From contig MU057521.1 of the NCBI GenBank assembly GCA_013265495.1, forward strand, positions 1,748,335 to 1,812,334: a stretch of DNA of 64,000 bases. The letters are read 5' to 3'. Below, piece by piece: positions 12,692 to 27,600 of the stretch. This stretch comes from Vicugna vicugna (taxonomy: Eukaryota). The position numbers and the translations under genes were made by a program. Each line of letters opens with the position of its first letter. Within the stretch, counting starts at the first letter, position 1. The notes under the pieces were generated by a model. That model was given only the letters and a program-made list of their open reading frames with translations. It was not told where the DNA came from and did no database searches.

Positions 12692-15600
12692 TTTTTTTTT
12701 GTGGGGTGGTGATGGTGGTAATAAATTGTTGTTACCAGTTCTAGGTTTGGTTATATAACTGAGGAAAGGGTCTGGATACAAATCTTCATAAGTTAAAAAT
12801 GGTTTCGTTTTTGCTGTAATTAGAACTTGTGCTTGGAAGCTTCATGAGAACTGTCAGAAAACATGTGTTAGTGGGCACAGTGAATGGCTGAACTTAAACT
12901 CTCTTTCTTGGGAGATTTCATTAGCTCTGAATCTTGCTGCTGAAACAGTGTCATGGTTTTGGTTGCACAGTATTGCCTGTGAGATATTACAGCTTTAGAA
13001 TGGTGTATTTTAATCGGCTTTACCTTGTAGCAGGAAGATATTTGGTAACCAGAAAAGAGACAGGAATCTACTTTAAATTAGATGACTTTTAGTGATATCC
13101 TTATCTTCCTCTGAGAACTTTAGACCAATTTTAGGAAAATTCTTACACAGTTTCAGTTTGACTTTACTTTCCATATTCTTGGCGTTTTCTTCCTTTTGAT
13201 TTGCTTTTTACTGGCAGCTCAGAAACTATAGACACGTGAAATACGTTGAATCGTATTTGCTGAGAAGTTGACTGTGATTTTGTATCTTATGATCAGGGCG
13301 GGGCTTGGTTCTGTGAGGTGCAATGGCACATATTCTAATCTGGGTATTATCAGTATAGATCTCTCATCTTACCCCTTTTTGCTTAGAGTTGCGGATTTTC
13401 TCGATGGAAATCCCCAAAAGAGTTTCAGATAATCAGTTTTCGTCAACAGATGGGCAAGAGTGGGAGTAGCTATTCCCTGTGGGTCAGCAGAGTGGATGGA
13501 TGAGACACTGCCGTCCTTCTGTTCCTTCTGAAGTCTTGGCGATGGCTGACTGCCCGTCCATCTTGCATAAGCACTCTTATAGCATGGTCAGAGAGCTGCT
13601 CCTGATGAGGTCAGTCTAGCAAAGCCACGATGGACCCTTTAAAAGAGAGTTACAGGTTCCTGTTGTGGGTGGAGCCTAGGGTTTTCTTGGTTGGAGCAGA
13701 ACAAGGTGTATTCAGGGGGTGGGAACAGGGAGAGTGTATGTGCAAATGAAGTACGTGGTAATTATTAAATATCTCCAGAGTATTAGTCACATCACAGACC
13801 ATAAGTTTTGGTGACTCAGACAGAACATGTGTAAATATCAAGGGGACTAAAAGGGAATAGAAAAATTTGGGAGAGCATGACTGATTGACCATGACAACTG
13901 GTGCCTTTTGGCAAAGACAAATATTTCTAGCACTTTGAAGACCTAAGTTGCCTACACTATTTTTCCTATGTGAAGAGAGCAATCTTGCAAAGTTCTGATG
14001 TTTTGAGAGTCATAGTGGAATAAAACAGTGTTTCTCAAAGTGTGTCTTCAGAATCCACTAGATAACTTATTAAACATGCAGGTTCCTGGCTTGTATCTCA
14101 GTTCTCTTTTGACTCAGCTTGGCCAATCATCAGAATTCTTAATTCTATAGATTTTTTTAAGCCTTTCCCTGACCTACTTAATAAGAATATCTGGGAGCTG
14201 AAGTTGATAATCATCTCCTCTCTGGAACGAGCTCACCACACTGGAAGGGCACGACATCATTTCTGTGTATTTTTGCCAAAAGTGCATCACATTATTCTAA
14301 TGATGATAAAACATCAAACAAATCTAAATTGAGAGACATTCTACAAAACAATTATCTAGTAGTCTTCCCCAGAGTATCAAGGTCATTTGAGACAAATAGG
14401 AATGATTAGAGGAGACAAATGAGGCACAATAAGGAAATACAATATGGGATCCTAAATTGGATCCTGGGCCAGACAGAGGACATCAGTGGGATAATTGCTG
14501 AAATTGGGATAAAGTCTCTAATTTTATGGTGTTGCATCAATGTTAATTAATTCTTAATTAATTAATTATATTAATTGTTACAATTATTTCTTTTCAAGTT
14601 TTTGTTCAATAATTCTTACATCTTATAGCTTTTGTTCCTTTGCTCTGTAGGCTTATAAGATCAGTATTGCCCAAGTCAGGCAGATTTTCAGACCTTCCAA
14701 AATAACAGTGTGTTAGTTCTGTTAGACTGTATGCACTTTTTGTTCACTTTGCAATTCATTATCTAGCAATACTACCTAAAATTAGGTAATATTGCTAGAT
14801 AATGAATAATTGTGGTCCTTTTTGCAAAGTGATTAGTGATATATTAATTTAATGAGTTTCTACCAGCATTAAAAAAAAATGGGATAGAAAATATCCATGT
14901 AAGATAAGTAAGGTTAAGTATAGTTTCATGAAACTCTTTCATTTATATATATTGCATCTGTACTGGATAATCATTTAAAATGTATTTTGTACTCTTGGTT
15001 GCCATCAGTGAAAAGTTTGTTACCCCCTGCTTTGGGAGCTGTTGGTCTTGTGAAGACAGACGAAATTGTTAAAAGTATTGTGTCGTACAGACAAATGGTA
15101 AGGATTTAGAATGTTTTGTTTGATACCCCTGGTGCATTTGGGGGCCAGAGATCAGGGGTTGTCTAAAAGTCGAAGAGTTTTGTTGGCCTTAGGGTCTTTA
15201 CCTTTTGCATTTTTAACAGACTACAACTTCCAGTACTGAGCTGCAGAAAAAAATATTTAAATGCAGAATGCCTGATATGCCTGCAAATAGGTAGATCTGT
15301 TGAGCTACCAAAGCCTGTGCTTTCTTTCAAGGACAGAAATTGGCTGTGAAATTCAAGGGAATTACTAAAGAACAAACAAAAACAAAACGAAACAAAACCA
15401 AACCTGGATGAGCCAGAGCAGACAGAATGTGCCAAGGAAGAACAGAGCAATTGCTCCTGGAGGAGGAAGTAGATTTGTCTCACTGCTGTTGTAGGCAGCG
15501 TTCCAAATGCTTTAGGGCAGGAGTCATGTATGAGTGTCTTTTCTCTATGACTTTTGCACTTTCTGCTAAGAAAAGTTTTTGAATGCTCTATTTATTAGGT

Positions 15601-18600
15601 TATTTCAAGAAGGGAATTTGAAATGTTGTGCACGTGTGGTCTCCACACTACCCGGCAGGTGCCCTGCTTGACCTCCAGCGTTTTTGGAGAAGAGGGCCTA
15701 TGGAGAATGTCCTCAGGAAAATGCTTTATTATTACCTGTTTTTTAACATTTGAATTTTGGAGAATTATGTTAGGAAATAGTACACTCTTTTAAGATTGAT
15801 GCCATCTGGGTTTTCTGTCTGGCTCTGCCGCTAATTACTATTAAACAACAGCCAAGTAATTAGACTTTTCTCAGCTTTAGTTTCTGTCATCTGTGAAATA
15901 TGAGGGGAGCATCTCTAGGATGTTAGGAGAATCAAGTGAAATGGAAAACAGGAGAGAGCTGTGGTCTCTACAGAGCACTTTGCACATGAAAAGAAAGCAG
16001 GGATACGTGACTGCTTCTCTAATCATTATAGGAGGGTTGCGTAGGGAAGAGAGTTATATGGACACAACTTCCATGGCACTTTAAACAAGTCTTTCATACA
16101 GTTGTTAGAAAAATCTATAATGGAAAAGCTTGAGGAAGATATCACATCATATTGAGTTGACACCAAACTCAGTGCTTTAGGAACTTAGCTTTTGGGGAAG
16201 TTCTGAAAGCAGAGGGGATAGGGTTATACACTCTTATTTATTGAGTAAAACTGTTATCCATACTGGAGGAAATATTGCTAAATTAAAGTAGTTGCTCTTT
16301 CTGGTGGAAGTGCAACACCAAGACTGTAAAACCAGCTTAATCTGTCTCCAGCTGAAACACTGTGAGGTCGTAGGCAAGGGTTTCATTTTTAAGAGGACAG
16401 GTACTGAATTTGATTTTCCCGTGACCATTATCACCAAAACTGTTTTCAGCCCAATTGCTTGCTCTTTGACCATTAATTAACGAGGTGATTCAGTCGAACT
16501 TTATTCTGTTCAAATTAAATCCTTTGGAACCCAGCCCATATAGTCTCAACTTAGTTTCATTTCCTGGAGGGATGGGATGTGGGGTTCCCCCTTCCCCGCC
16601 TCACCCCCCAGTGTCCCATGAAGAGTTTGTAGCTACTTCAATACAGGCGAATTTCAACAAGATGAGAGGACGAGTCTTTTTAGAAATCACTTTCTCCCCT
16701 TCATTCACATGTTGGGAGGGTGTTTTTAAGTCCCATGTGCAGTTTTCTATCTGCGCATTCACTAGTCAGTCTTTTTTCCTTTCAAAACAACCTTCCCTCT
16801 TTTTGGCCTAAAAACATGCAAATATTCATGAATTAATTTCTCTTTTCTTTTCACATGTTTGTAACTGCATATTTCCTAGAGAACTGTATTTTAATGAGAT
16901 TGTCAGTTTCCCATTCAACCTCATTCCAAGATGTTTTAGAGCAGTACGTTTTAATCTTTTCTAATTCTACTCAGAAGAAATTCTTAGCAGGGTATTTAAG
17001 TCAGATGATACAAATGGGGCCAAAAGAAGTAGACTCATAAGAATACTTTAAAAAATTGTGGTGCTGAAACTTATTTCCTTCCTGGTTCAAAACCATTTCA
17101 GAAACTGCGTGAATGACCTTTATTTTCTTCTCTGTAGCACACACGACTGTAATTTCCCATGACTATTTATGGACTGTACGGCCCTTTTCTAACTTCCTTT
17201 TTTTTTTTTTTAAATGTCAACGGAATACGTATTTCTTTAATGGAAAATGTTCTATTTTGAGGAAGCTGCTTTTCCTTAGATAAGTAGTGGAGTTGGTGTG
17301 TGTGTGTAAGTGTGTGGGGGTTGCAGGATTGGAGAGTATTAAATTAGTGGATTGAGAGCTTGGAATGACAAGCCTGGTGATGACTCCTAAATACAAAGCC
17401 TTCTTTTAATCCAAGGTTAAAAACAGCTGCACCTGGTGTTCCAGAGTCTTCCTTTGGAAGAATATATGGTAAAATGGTTGCGAATTGAATGCTGAAAGGT
17501 TGAAACTGGTGATTTTGAAATGAGAGAAAGGCTGTTCATTAACAGGGTAGTTCCAGGTTGAGGGGTGGGGCCAATACGGCTTTGACCTTGGTCGCCATAG
17601 CAGGTGAGTCCTCTGGGCCGAATCCTTTCCATGCTCAGGTCACTGCAGCTTCACAGTGGAGCACACACAGTGGAGACCCAGTGCGAAGCGGGAGGGTCGT
17701 CTGTCTGTCTGCCCATGAGCCACGCAGGGTACCTGCTCTGTCCTTCCCTTTGCTTTCCAATGATTTGGACCCTGATCTCAGCAAGGATTCTTTTTCAGTT
17801 CTCCAGCTTTGTATTTTGCATTTCCCTGTGTTTCACAATAACTATGGAAAGACTACGTTGCTTTTGACAGTTTTAGTTATCACAGGTGTAAAAACATTCT
17901 TCATATTTTAGCCATTGTTCACTCTATCACTTGGATAACTGGTAGCATAGACATCTTGTTTTAATATAAATTGGACTGAAGTATAATATAAATGCAGAGA
18001 AGGGGCCAAATCATAAGTGTAGCACTTGACAAATTTTTCCCAGAGTGAACACACTCATGAGACCAGTACACATGTCAAGAACCAGAACATTATTGTATTA
18101 GAAAAATTAGAAGCTGTCTCCTAGACACTGCTTCCCTTCCCTGACTTCTAATACCATAGATTAGTTTTGCCTGATGTTTGAACTGTACAATTACAGAATT
18201 ATGCAATGTATCCTCTGGGATATGCCTTCTTTCACTCAATATTAACTCTGTGAGATTCATTCTGTTGATACATGTACTTGTGGCTCATGTTCGCTGCTAC
18301 ATAGTATTATATTAGTTTACTACAGAACAACTATCTCCTGCAGTTGTGAATATACCTCAGTGAAATGTAGTTTGGCCATCGTACTGAAAAAGACTTAGGT
18401 ACTATGTGATTTAGTTGTATTGTGATCTAATATCTAGTTATTTTATTATCATAAGAGCTCTTTTATTTAAAAATAGGCGGTTGTTTTTCATAAGACAGAA
18501 TATTAACTTTACCTTATCATTCTCCCTTTCACTCCCCACCAGCTATAAAATTAATCTCTTCCTCTCACCTTTGTACTGCCATAAAAATTGATTTCTGTCT

Positions 18601-21600
18601 CTTTGTAATTAACACACATAGATGGCTATTGTGTTCATTGTAGATAGTGGAGTCACATATCCATCTGCCTGCCAAAGCCAGGACCTGTCTTCAAATTCAT
18701 GTTTCTAAACCGTTTCCAATATGCCTGATATCAATCAGAAAGCTTCTAGGTGTGCTGAGGATTCTGGACTAGAGCTCTCTGGCTTATCAGCGGGATTTTG
18801 TTGCATTTTGTCATTATAGCCTGAGATTCCTGAATGCATCTGCAAACAAACTGGAAACCCTTCCTCCTGCCACACTTTCTGAAGAGACAAACAGCATCTT
18901 ACAGGAATTGTATTTGACAAATAACAACCTCACAGATAAGTGTGTGCCGTTGTTAACAGGACACCCCCATTTGAAGATTCTTCACATGGCCTATAACCGA
19001 CTTCAGAGTTTTCCAGCAAGGTAAAAGATCACAAAGTGACATTCTTCACTGCATTTCTGAAAATGGATTCATAGGCGGAAAGGAAAAGCTAAAATACTTA
19101 TTTTTCAGATACTGTAATGCTTGTTCCTCCTGCTTCTTGTTCACCGTTATCTTTTATTTAAGCCATTATCAGCATTCCTCAGAAATGTGTTAGTTTTTCT
19201 AATATGAATATACCCAGAGACCCAATCACTAGAATATTCTTAGGATTTGAAAATAAGGTATGTAATTTAGTGGGTGTATATTTTCTTTTGCTTCTTTTTA
19301 CCCAGTCAAATTAAAAATTTTTTAATTAAACTAATATGGTATGTGGGAAATAGAACATAAACTGGAACCTGAAGGTGTTCGTTTCAGTTTTTATGCTTAT
19401 GATGTAAAGAGCAGTGGTGACCTATGCGATCATAGAAACTGTGTAACATTACAGGTAATTTAATTTATGGCTCTCAGGAGATTCCACTTTTAATTCTGTT
19501 TTAATTTTTAATTCCTAATATTGGGGGGCAGTGGCATTGTGTCTTGCTTTGAGTGAATCTATACACTGAGCCTGCGATAAATGATTTACTTGGCTTCCGT
19601 GTCATTGGCACGTATTCATCTAACAAGTTAGGTCTTGGAACTCACACATCAAAGATGCAAACGCTAACCCCTCTGCTTCCAATCCGCTTCCAACTGCAAC
19701 TTAGCGTCGGGCCAAAGTGAAATATTCCCTTTGCTGCCATGAAGGGTACCACTCTGTTGAAACCCTTCTCAAGGAGGGAAGCCCAAATATGCATTGACTT
19801 CGAGTATTGCTCTGTATTTTTGTATACATTTGTTTCTTTATTTTCCCCCCTCACTTGATGTTAATGATTAAACTTTTCTTTCTTTTTTCTTTTTATGTAT
19901 TTTTCTTTTATTGCGAAATGAGATAATATTTTTGGAAGAAAACATGGTAGTCACATAACAATAATATCTCTGAAAGGGCTCATTGTTCTAATTGGGATGG
20001 TGAATCACTAAGGCCAGCAGAATGATCATCAACTCTAATTCTGAGGGTACCCCCCACACAGTGACCCATACCTGTGGTAATCACCCAAAAGACAGAGAAT
20101 TTTTTTTTTGACCACCTTCTGTGTTGAGGGATGAAAACTTCTTTAACATTTTCTTTCTTGGACCTGATTTCTATACTTCAAATTCTTTTTCATGCTTATT
20201 ACCCATTAATTTCTCCATATTTCTTTTCAAAATATGATGACAACATATTCAAATAATAATCTTACATATTCAGGCTATTGTAGATGGATTAGCATACAAC
20301 ATTGTGTAGCATATTCTAATACCATGCTGATTTCACAAGATAAAAAACAGTTCTTGTGTGTTTGGCATATATTTATTTTCAAGATAAGCAAATAAGGTAA
20401 CTTTTATATTTGAGAGATGACAGAAAGAAAAGTAGTAAAGGTTTTCTCGCTAAATTTTTTAGAAGGTTTATTGTGACAAATGAAAGCCCAGCAAGCAGAG
20501 AAGATACCAATAACTGTAAACTAGAGGATTCAGAGTGTAAGTCTGGATCACACTCACTGGAAATCCTGTGCTTGTTAGACTCCAGTGGTGGCGAAAGGGC
20601 CAGAGGAGTGGTAGATGCATTATAGCACTGTAGAAATGGATGCTTTTCCCCTCCAGATTTATGGGCAATATGAGAAACCCTAACTCTGGAATTTCTCCTT
20701 AGTTGGTTACTGTAATTATTGGTTAATGTTACTAATATTGGTTATAATTCATAGGTTAGTATTGAACAATAAAAGACATTCTTTAACAAAAGTGTTAAAT
20801 TATATTAGGACATGTTATTATGGGAAGGTCAGAAAGATTCCTTCTTTGTAGAAATTTAGCAGGAGTTGAGAGAAACTTCTTTTGGGTCTAGGTTGAGTTT
20901 GGGCACTGCCAGTGGGTGGAGAGGTGAGCCAGGTCACCTCCAGCATGCTGATGCTCACCGCTACCGTGTTCCCACAAATGGGGTCAGAGGAATCTGGGGA
21001 GGGGGCTTTTAGGAGAAAGTACATCTTCATGCAAACTCTACCCTTTTTCACTCTGTATCCCCTTGAGGTCTCAGTGCCAGTACAAAGGAATCATACTCCC
21101 ACATTAAGCTCTTTTAAAAGCACACATATTGGATTAACACTACTGACCTAGTTGAGTGGGATTTCTCTTTGGAGTTCAGAGTAAGCTACATAGCAAAGTG
21201 ACTGTTGTCAGGATAACTTAATTCACACACAGAGTTTTAATAGGAAAAGGAATCTATTTTTCTTCTTGCTGCCAATTTGAAGAGTTAAAGTTAATAGTTT
21301 TTGTTTTGTAGTAGGAAAGGTGTTAAAATACTTCAGTACTCAAAAACAATAGTGGGAAAAAGGTCTGGTTTGTTAAAATGACTATTACAAGTGAATCTTT
21401 AAAGAATCTTTAGAATCATAGTAAATTACCCTTTAATTCTCATTATCTATATTTTTCCCTAAATTTCCTTATAAGTATTCTGTAACCTGCCCCTCCCCCT
21501 TTGATTTTTCTCTTTTTTTTTAGTAAAATGGCAAAGCTGGAGGAACTTGAAGAAGTTGACATCAGTGGGAATAAACTGAAATCCATCCCCACAACCATCA

Positions 21601-24600
21601 TTAATTGCAGGCGCATGCACACTGTGATCGCTCACTCCAACTGCATCGAAGTCTTCCCTGAAGTGATGCAGCTCCCAGAAATCAAGGTACGTGGTTTGAT
21701 TCCATAAACTCCAACCTTCAGGTCAGCAGAGATTTGTTTTCTCTAACTCCTCAGTTCAGGATGTTTGCACCCTTGTGGAATTTCCTCAGAATGAAGACTT
21801 ACCAGTCGCCCTTGCTCCGTCCTTCCTAACCACTGGGCTACACTGCTGAGTCAGCAGAGGAGAAAAACCAGTAAGCAGCAAACAGTGTGCTGGGAGTGGG
21901 GAAAACTGTATTCTGGGCGCTGTCCCTAACTAGCTGTGGGAACTTGAGGCTAACCTCATAGCCACTGACCCCTTTCCCATCTGTCTAACAGTACTTGTCC
22001 TGCTTACTTCCAGGGTGGTCATGAGGCTCAAGGACTGAGTCAGGTTCGACAGCAGTTTGAGGTAGCCAGCAGTATCACTGCACACCCCTACTCCCACTCC
22101 CCTAAATAAATGGCATCCACCCCACAGCACCCACTTCGTAGTAACTCCCTGCGTAGATGTGGTGTCGTTACTGTTACCATCACCAAACATTCACTTGAAT
22201 TTAATGACGCTGGCAGGACAGACATTATTCCCATTTGATGGGTGAGGAAACAGGTGCTGCAGAAAGGGAGTGGTTTGTGTAAATGAAGGCAGCAAACTGG
22301 CGGCAGAGACATTCTACAACTCCTGGCTCCCAACTCAGGGCAGTCTTGTGGGACGAAACCAGTTCACTAGAATGAAAGCCATCTAACAATGTTTTTTAAA
22401 TGTATTTGTTTTTGGAGCAAAAAGAAAGAAGTTTTTGATCTATAATGTAGTTTTTCATTTGCATCTTAGCCTTCCCGTTTATCAGTTTTGTGCTTAGTAA
22501 AAAATAACTCTGGTTATAGACTTGGAGCGTATTCTAATCTCCTAAAAAGGAACAAAAGTCATCCTATTTGAAGGTACTTTAAACAGCATGGGTAATTTTC
22601 ACCACAGCCATTTTTTTAACATCCATGGTTGAGGAGTGTACAAGCCATTTTATAAGTGTGTGCATGTGTGTGTGCACTTTAAGGCCGTGAAATATTTTGC
22701 CTTGAGTGCACTGTCATCTCATACATGACCATGGCATTTTAGAACGCTTATGATAAACTAGCAAAAATATTTTACTTTTACTTTGTAATACATTTTACAG
22801 CAGTTAAGAGGTGGGGCTCTGAAGGGAGACAGATCTAGTGTTGGCAGATTCAGTGAGATCTGTTAAACCGATCATCAGGCATCAATTTCTATACCTGGGC
22901 ATGAAGGTCATATAAGTTGTTAGTAGGGAAAAAGTGTATTTTTCAGTTTTCTGATGAACTAAGTGGATCCAGAATCATAGTGCTTATGTCCCTTAGTATT
23001 AATGTCTTCAGCTTTGTTTAGCACTTTCAAATTAACTTTCCAAGCCCCACCTCCAGTCTTACGTTCCTGGAGCAGGTTGTGTTCTGTTTTGATTCTAAAG
23101 TAGACCTCCCTCTGGATACAGATAGGCTCTCAATCAGCTAGAGAGGAAGACTTGATCCCAGAGTCACCACATAAGCCAGGCTTGGCTTGGCTGGTCCCAG
23201 GCTGAAGCCCACACTGAGGCCGCTGGTGAACCTGAGAAGCAGAGGTGGCCATGGATGTGGCACTCGCTTTCTCTTGCTCAGGAGCCCTTCACCTAACCAC
23301 GTAGCAGCCACGTTGATAATGCAGGAGTTTGCGGTGAAACACAATCTTGCAGTTGAGTAACTTCAAATAGTGGGTTTTTTCCTAACCTTGTTTGAAGTGT
23401 TGTTTAAAAGCAGATGAAATAAATGTGTGATACATGGTGATGAAATTTGAGATTCAAGCACCGTATATCAGCAACTTTTGTCAAATTTTCCGTGTTCCTG
23501 TGGTGTCCTGATTCTAATTACTGGGTGAACAGCATCTTTTAAAATGTTTTAAATTCTCTTCAGAAGATTATTTTTATGTTTGCGCTGTACAGTAATAAAC
23601 TACTCGGTCACTACCTTGAGTGACCTCATCTCTAGATCTGTGTTATGTTCATGGGAAATGGAGTATGAAGTATTTTTAATATGCCGCACTCTTGAGAACA
23701 ATGGCTACAGGAAGTTGAATATCCCTTGGAATCAAGCCATGTTTGTTGTTGTTTCCAAAGTGAGTGATGAATGAGAGAGAGAGAACCTGCTTAGTCATAA
23801 AACACAAAGAACATGGGGAAATGGCTGGGTCAGAATGGATGAAAGAAAAAGGATTAATTCTTTGGAAAGTATGATAATGGAAATAAAGACAGATCAGGAA
23901 CCAACTAGAAGTCAGTTGGGTGGAGCGGTTGACCTGCTTGACTTAAAAGGGCATCTAGGAACTGCAATATCCAAAAACCAGGAACTCGGGGCACTTGTCA
24001 TTAAGGCCCTGGGATCTGGGTGAGTAATAGTTACTTAGAAATTTTTCTAACAGTTGGGGATTCTGAGATATCTGGGACAGAGCTAAGGAAAAAGGAATGA
24101 AGCAGTGTCTACCAGGAAGTGGCCATTTAAGCCACTTGTCTCCCTGTCTCACCAGCAGCAGACCAGCAGGGAGCCAGAACTGCAGTCTCTCTCTTTCATA
24201 GTTGATGTAATATATTAACTCAGACTAATTTGTTTGGTTTTTTAACTCTAGTTTAAAAAATTATTTCAGCAGATCTTTTTAACTTCAGAACTGTGCCCTT
24301 TCCAACAACATACTGCATGCATCTTATGAGGTGGGTTATGTATACATACGGATAAACAGTGGTCCTCTGTGAGCTCAGGCATATTAAAAGAATCCCTCTA
24401 GAGGATACTCCTGGAGAATGGAGCACTTGTGACCATGAGTCCTCAAAGAAGTTGACTATGAAGTGGTCACCCATTGTGTTCTTCAAACTCTTCCATCCCT
24501 AAGGGTAAAGAGAAGTGAGTTTATACTCTCAAAAATCTGGAATACAGCCTGGAATCGCCTATAAATTTCTCTGAAGTCTCCTTTTTGATCTGAAATTACA

Positions 24601-27600
24601 TGCTAGTTTTGTGTTCTACTTTTTACCATTTCTTTTAGTTTTAATGTGAAAATAAAGGCTCTTCTCTCCATAATCTTTGAATAACCCTGAAGCCCCCAGA
24701 AGCATGGGCCAGGTGTCCTGTAACTTTGTGATCAATCATTGAGTGCCCCCAAGGGCACACCCACAACCAGTGCTAAGAAGCAATAATGTAAACGAGTTGC
24801 TTGGTTTATGTAGGATGCATTTTCTTAAGTTAAATTTTGCAAATAATTTAGTTTTGGTGTTTAAAGGAATTCACTGTTTGGAGGAATGGTATACTGTTTG
24901 GTGTATTAAAGATTTTTTTAAACAAATTTTTTTATCTTGATTGTCATTTTAATCAAATTATTGCCAATAAGTTTTCCTAAATCTAAAACCCAGTTGAGAA
25001 AAATCACAGATAGTGTATGTAAATTTAAAAGGAAGGGTTTATACAAATTAAAGTTCTTCTTTTGCAACTCCCTGAGAGGTGAGGAGGTGTAGATAATATA
25101 CACTTATGAATCATAGACAAATACACTAATACGTAGAAAAACAGAACTTCCGCCTTGGCTTTGGGGTCTATGTTTGAAGTAAAAGGTTCAGACTGGCTCA
25201 CTTAGTTAATAGTTTTACTTAGATGTGTGAACATCCTACAGTAATGACTTAGCCTTTTACAGCATCAAGAATATATAGCAGTTTATCTGTTAAAAAGAGA
25301 ATTTGACTAAAAGTTATATAATGAGAAATAATACACGTATGTGTACATGTATTTTACTATTAAGCTAAAATGTCCGAGTTCCCATGTGACGATGAGAGAG
25401 GGAAGTAGTACCACTTCGACATGAGGCACCGTCTGTAGTTCACCATTTGGCCCCTACCTGCCTCTCCAGGCCCATCGGCTCTCAGGCCCGGCCATCTCCA
25501 GCCACACCACCCGCTCATGGTTCGTGTCCTGGTGCACTGTGCGTTGCTCTGGCTCCTGCGTGGCACACGTGCTGTTAGCTCTCACCAGGTGCCCTCCTGT
25601 TCTCATTTGCCTCATTAACTTTGATTCTTCATAAAAATGCCCCCGGGAAACCCTGTCTGAGGCCTCAGCAGCTACCCCTCCACTCTCACACCACACACAC
25701 CAGTACATGTGGTCGATCGTAGGTCAGAGTGTTCCTTTCCCTTTGACCTGGGACTTCCTCAGAGTGGGGACTGCATCTGCCATCCCTGTAGACCCTTGAT
25801 GTCTCACTTATTGTCTGCCACGTTGTAGATGCTAAATAAATGTTCTTGTGATTGAATACTTGGATTTATTTGCTTCTTACGAATGCAGAATGGAAGTTAG
25901 GGAGCTTATTCAGCGGGGGAACATCATCCATCAGCAGCTTTTACTTTGTGAGGGCAAGGGAATGCGAAAGGTGATTGAGAGCCCCTTTTTTGGAACTATC
26001 AGAACTGTCGGGCAGCACAGATGAGGTGGTGGACCAGCTGTGGTCTGGAGATGGAAGAAGCAAGGGGTTGCAGAACCTCTCGATTCACTAGCTCTGTTAG
26101 GTTACTGTTTGAGGGCAGCACAAGCAGTTATTTGGCAGGAAATGTGTAATACACTGCTATGAAGATTGATATGCCTGTTTCTTTAGTAGTGTTTTCTGAG
26201 GAATCCTGGTAAAGATATTGGGGCTTTCATGATAATTACACTTAAACTGTACATCAGATTGTATTCCCTTTTCCTTAAGGTACAACGATTCTTTTTCTAC
26301 ACTGTTATCTAACTGTATTGGTGATTATTTTCCTCTAAATCATGGGTTCCTTCTCAACTATGAGTTACCTCACTTTTTTGAGGGTTGTATAATTCTGAGT
26401 ATCCTTACCAGAATTTTGTATTATAGCAAAGTAACTTTTGTTCGCTGTATCCTAGAATGAGCCTGAAAGAGGGAAAGATAATATTTTAGACAGTCAGTAT
26501 TCTGTTTAACAATGTATTTCCAAAGTAATTTTAGTGTATTAAATATAAATATGTACAGTAAACAACGTAGAATATGTTGGTACTATTTTTTCTCAGGTCT
26601 CACCCCCAAATTTTGTTTCTTTGTGTTCAGCCAACAATTGTTTGGTGAGGACTATTAAAAGCATAGGACATAGTACTTATAGGTAAAATGCTTACTATCT
26701 GGGTTAACACCAGTAGGTTGGCACCAGGCACCAAGGTCCTGTAATTTTTAGGAACAAACCTCCTTCAATGTGCAGAACTATGTAAGGGTGTTTCTCTGCT
26801 TATCTGCCACTAAAGAAAAGTTGCCTTCTCATGCAGCAACAATCACATTTAAAAATGTATCAGAATTACATTGCAATGCTACTTACTCTAGACTGAATTT
26901 AACTTAAACATGTGTGTCTCCATTCCCAGCCTAACAGATTTAATTACTGACGGACCTTCTTATAAGATCCACTCATTGATTTATTCAACAAATAATTGTC
27001 TACCAAGTGCCAGGCAGTCATTTGTTTGTTCCTGCTTTCAATGGAAGCTGCTGTTCTTTGCAGCTCACTGCACTTGGGACATAGGACAAGGCGCAGTGCC
27101 TGCTCTCTCGGAGGTCATAATCCAGTGGAAGAAACCAGTGAGCAGATACTTATAACAAGTTCAGACGGGGGCTGTGGTGGAATTGGCGTTGCATCTTAAA
27201 AGAATAAGACAGATTACCAGACGAAAGGCCAGGATAGCTTGAAGAGTTCCAGTCACAGAGAGAAGCATGTGCCCAGACAGTTGAGAACATGACATGTGCA
27301 AGAGTTAACTTTGACACAGCCGAATACATAATGTGGGAAAGCAGGTGGTGAAAGGTGGGTGCTGGGGACTTTGGTGGCAGATTGAAAGACAGTAGGCAGC
27401 AATGGAAAGACGGAAGCTGGAGTGTGATCGGATGGAATGCATCACATCAGAGAATCACTCTGACAGCACAGTGGGAAGTGGATCCGAGGGAAGTGAGACT
27501 GAAAGCAAGGTTAAGATGCTGTCGCAGTCCTCCAGGGGAAACATGATGTGGGTCAGAACAGGACTGTGGGTTACCCATTCTCTTACCAGAAAAAATTGCC

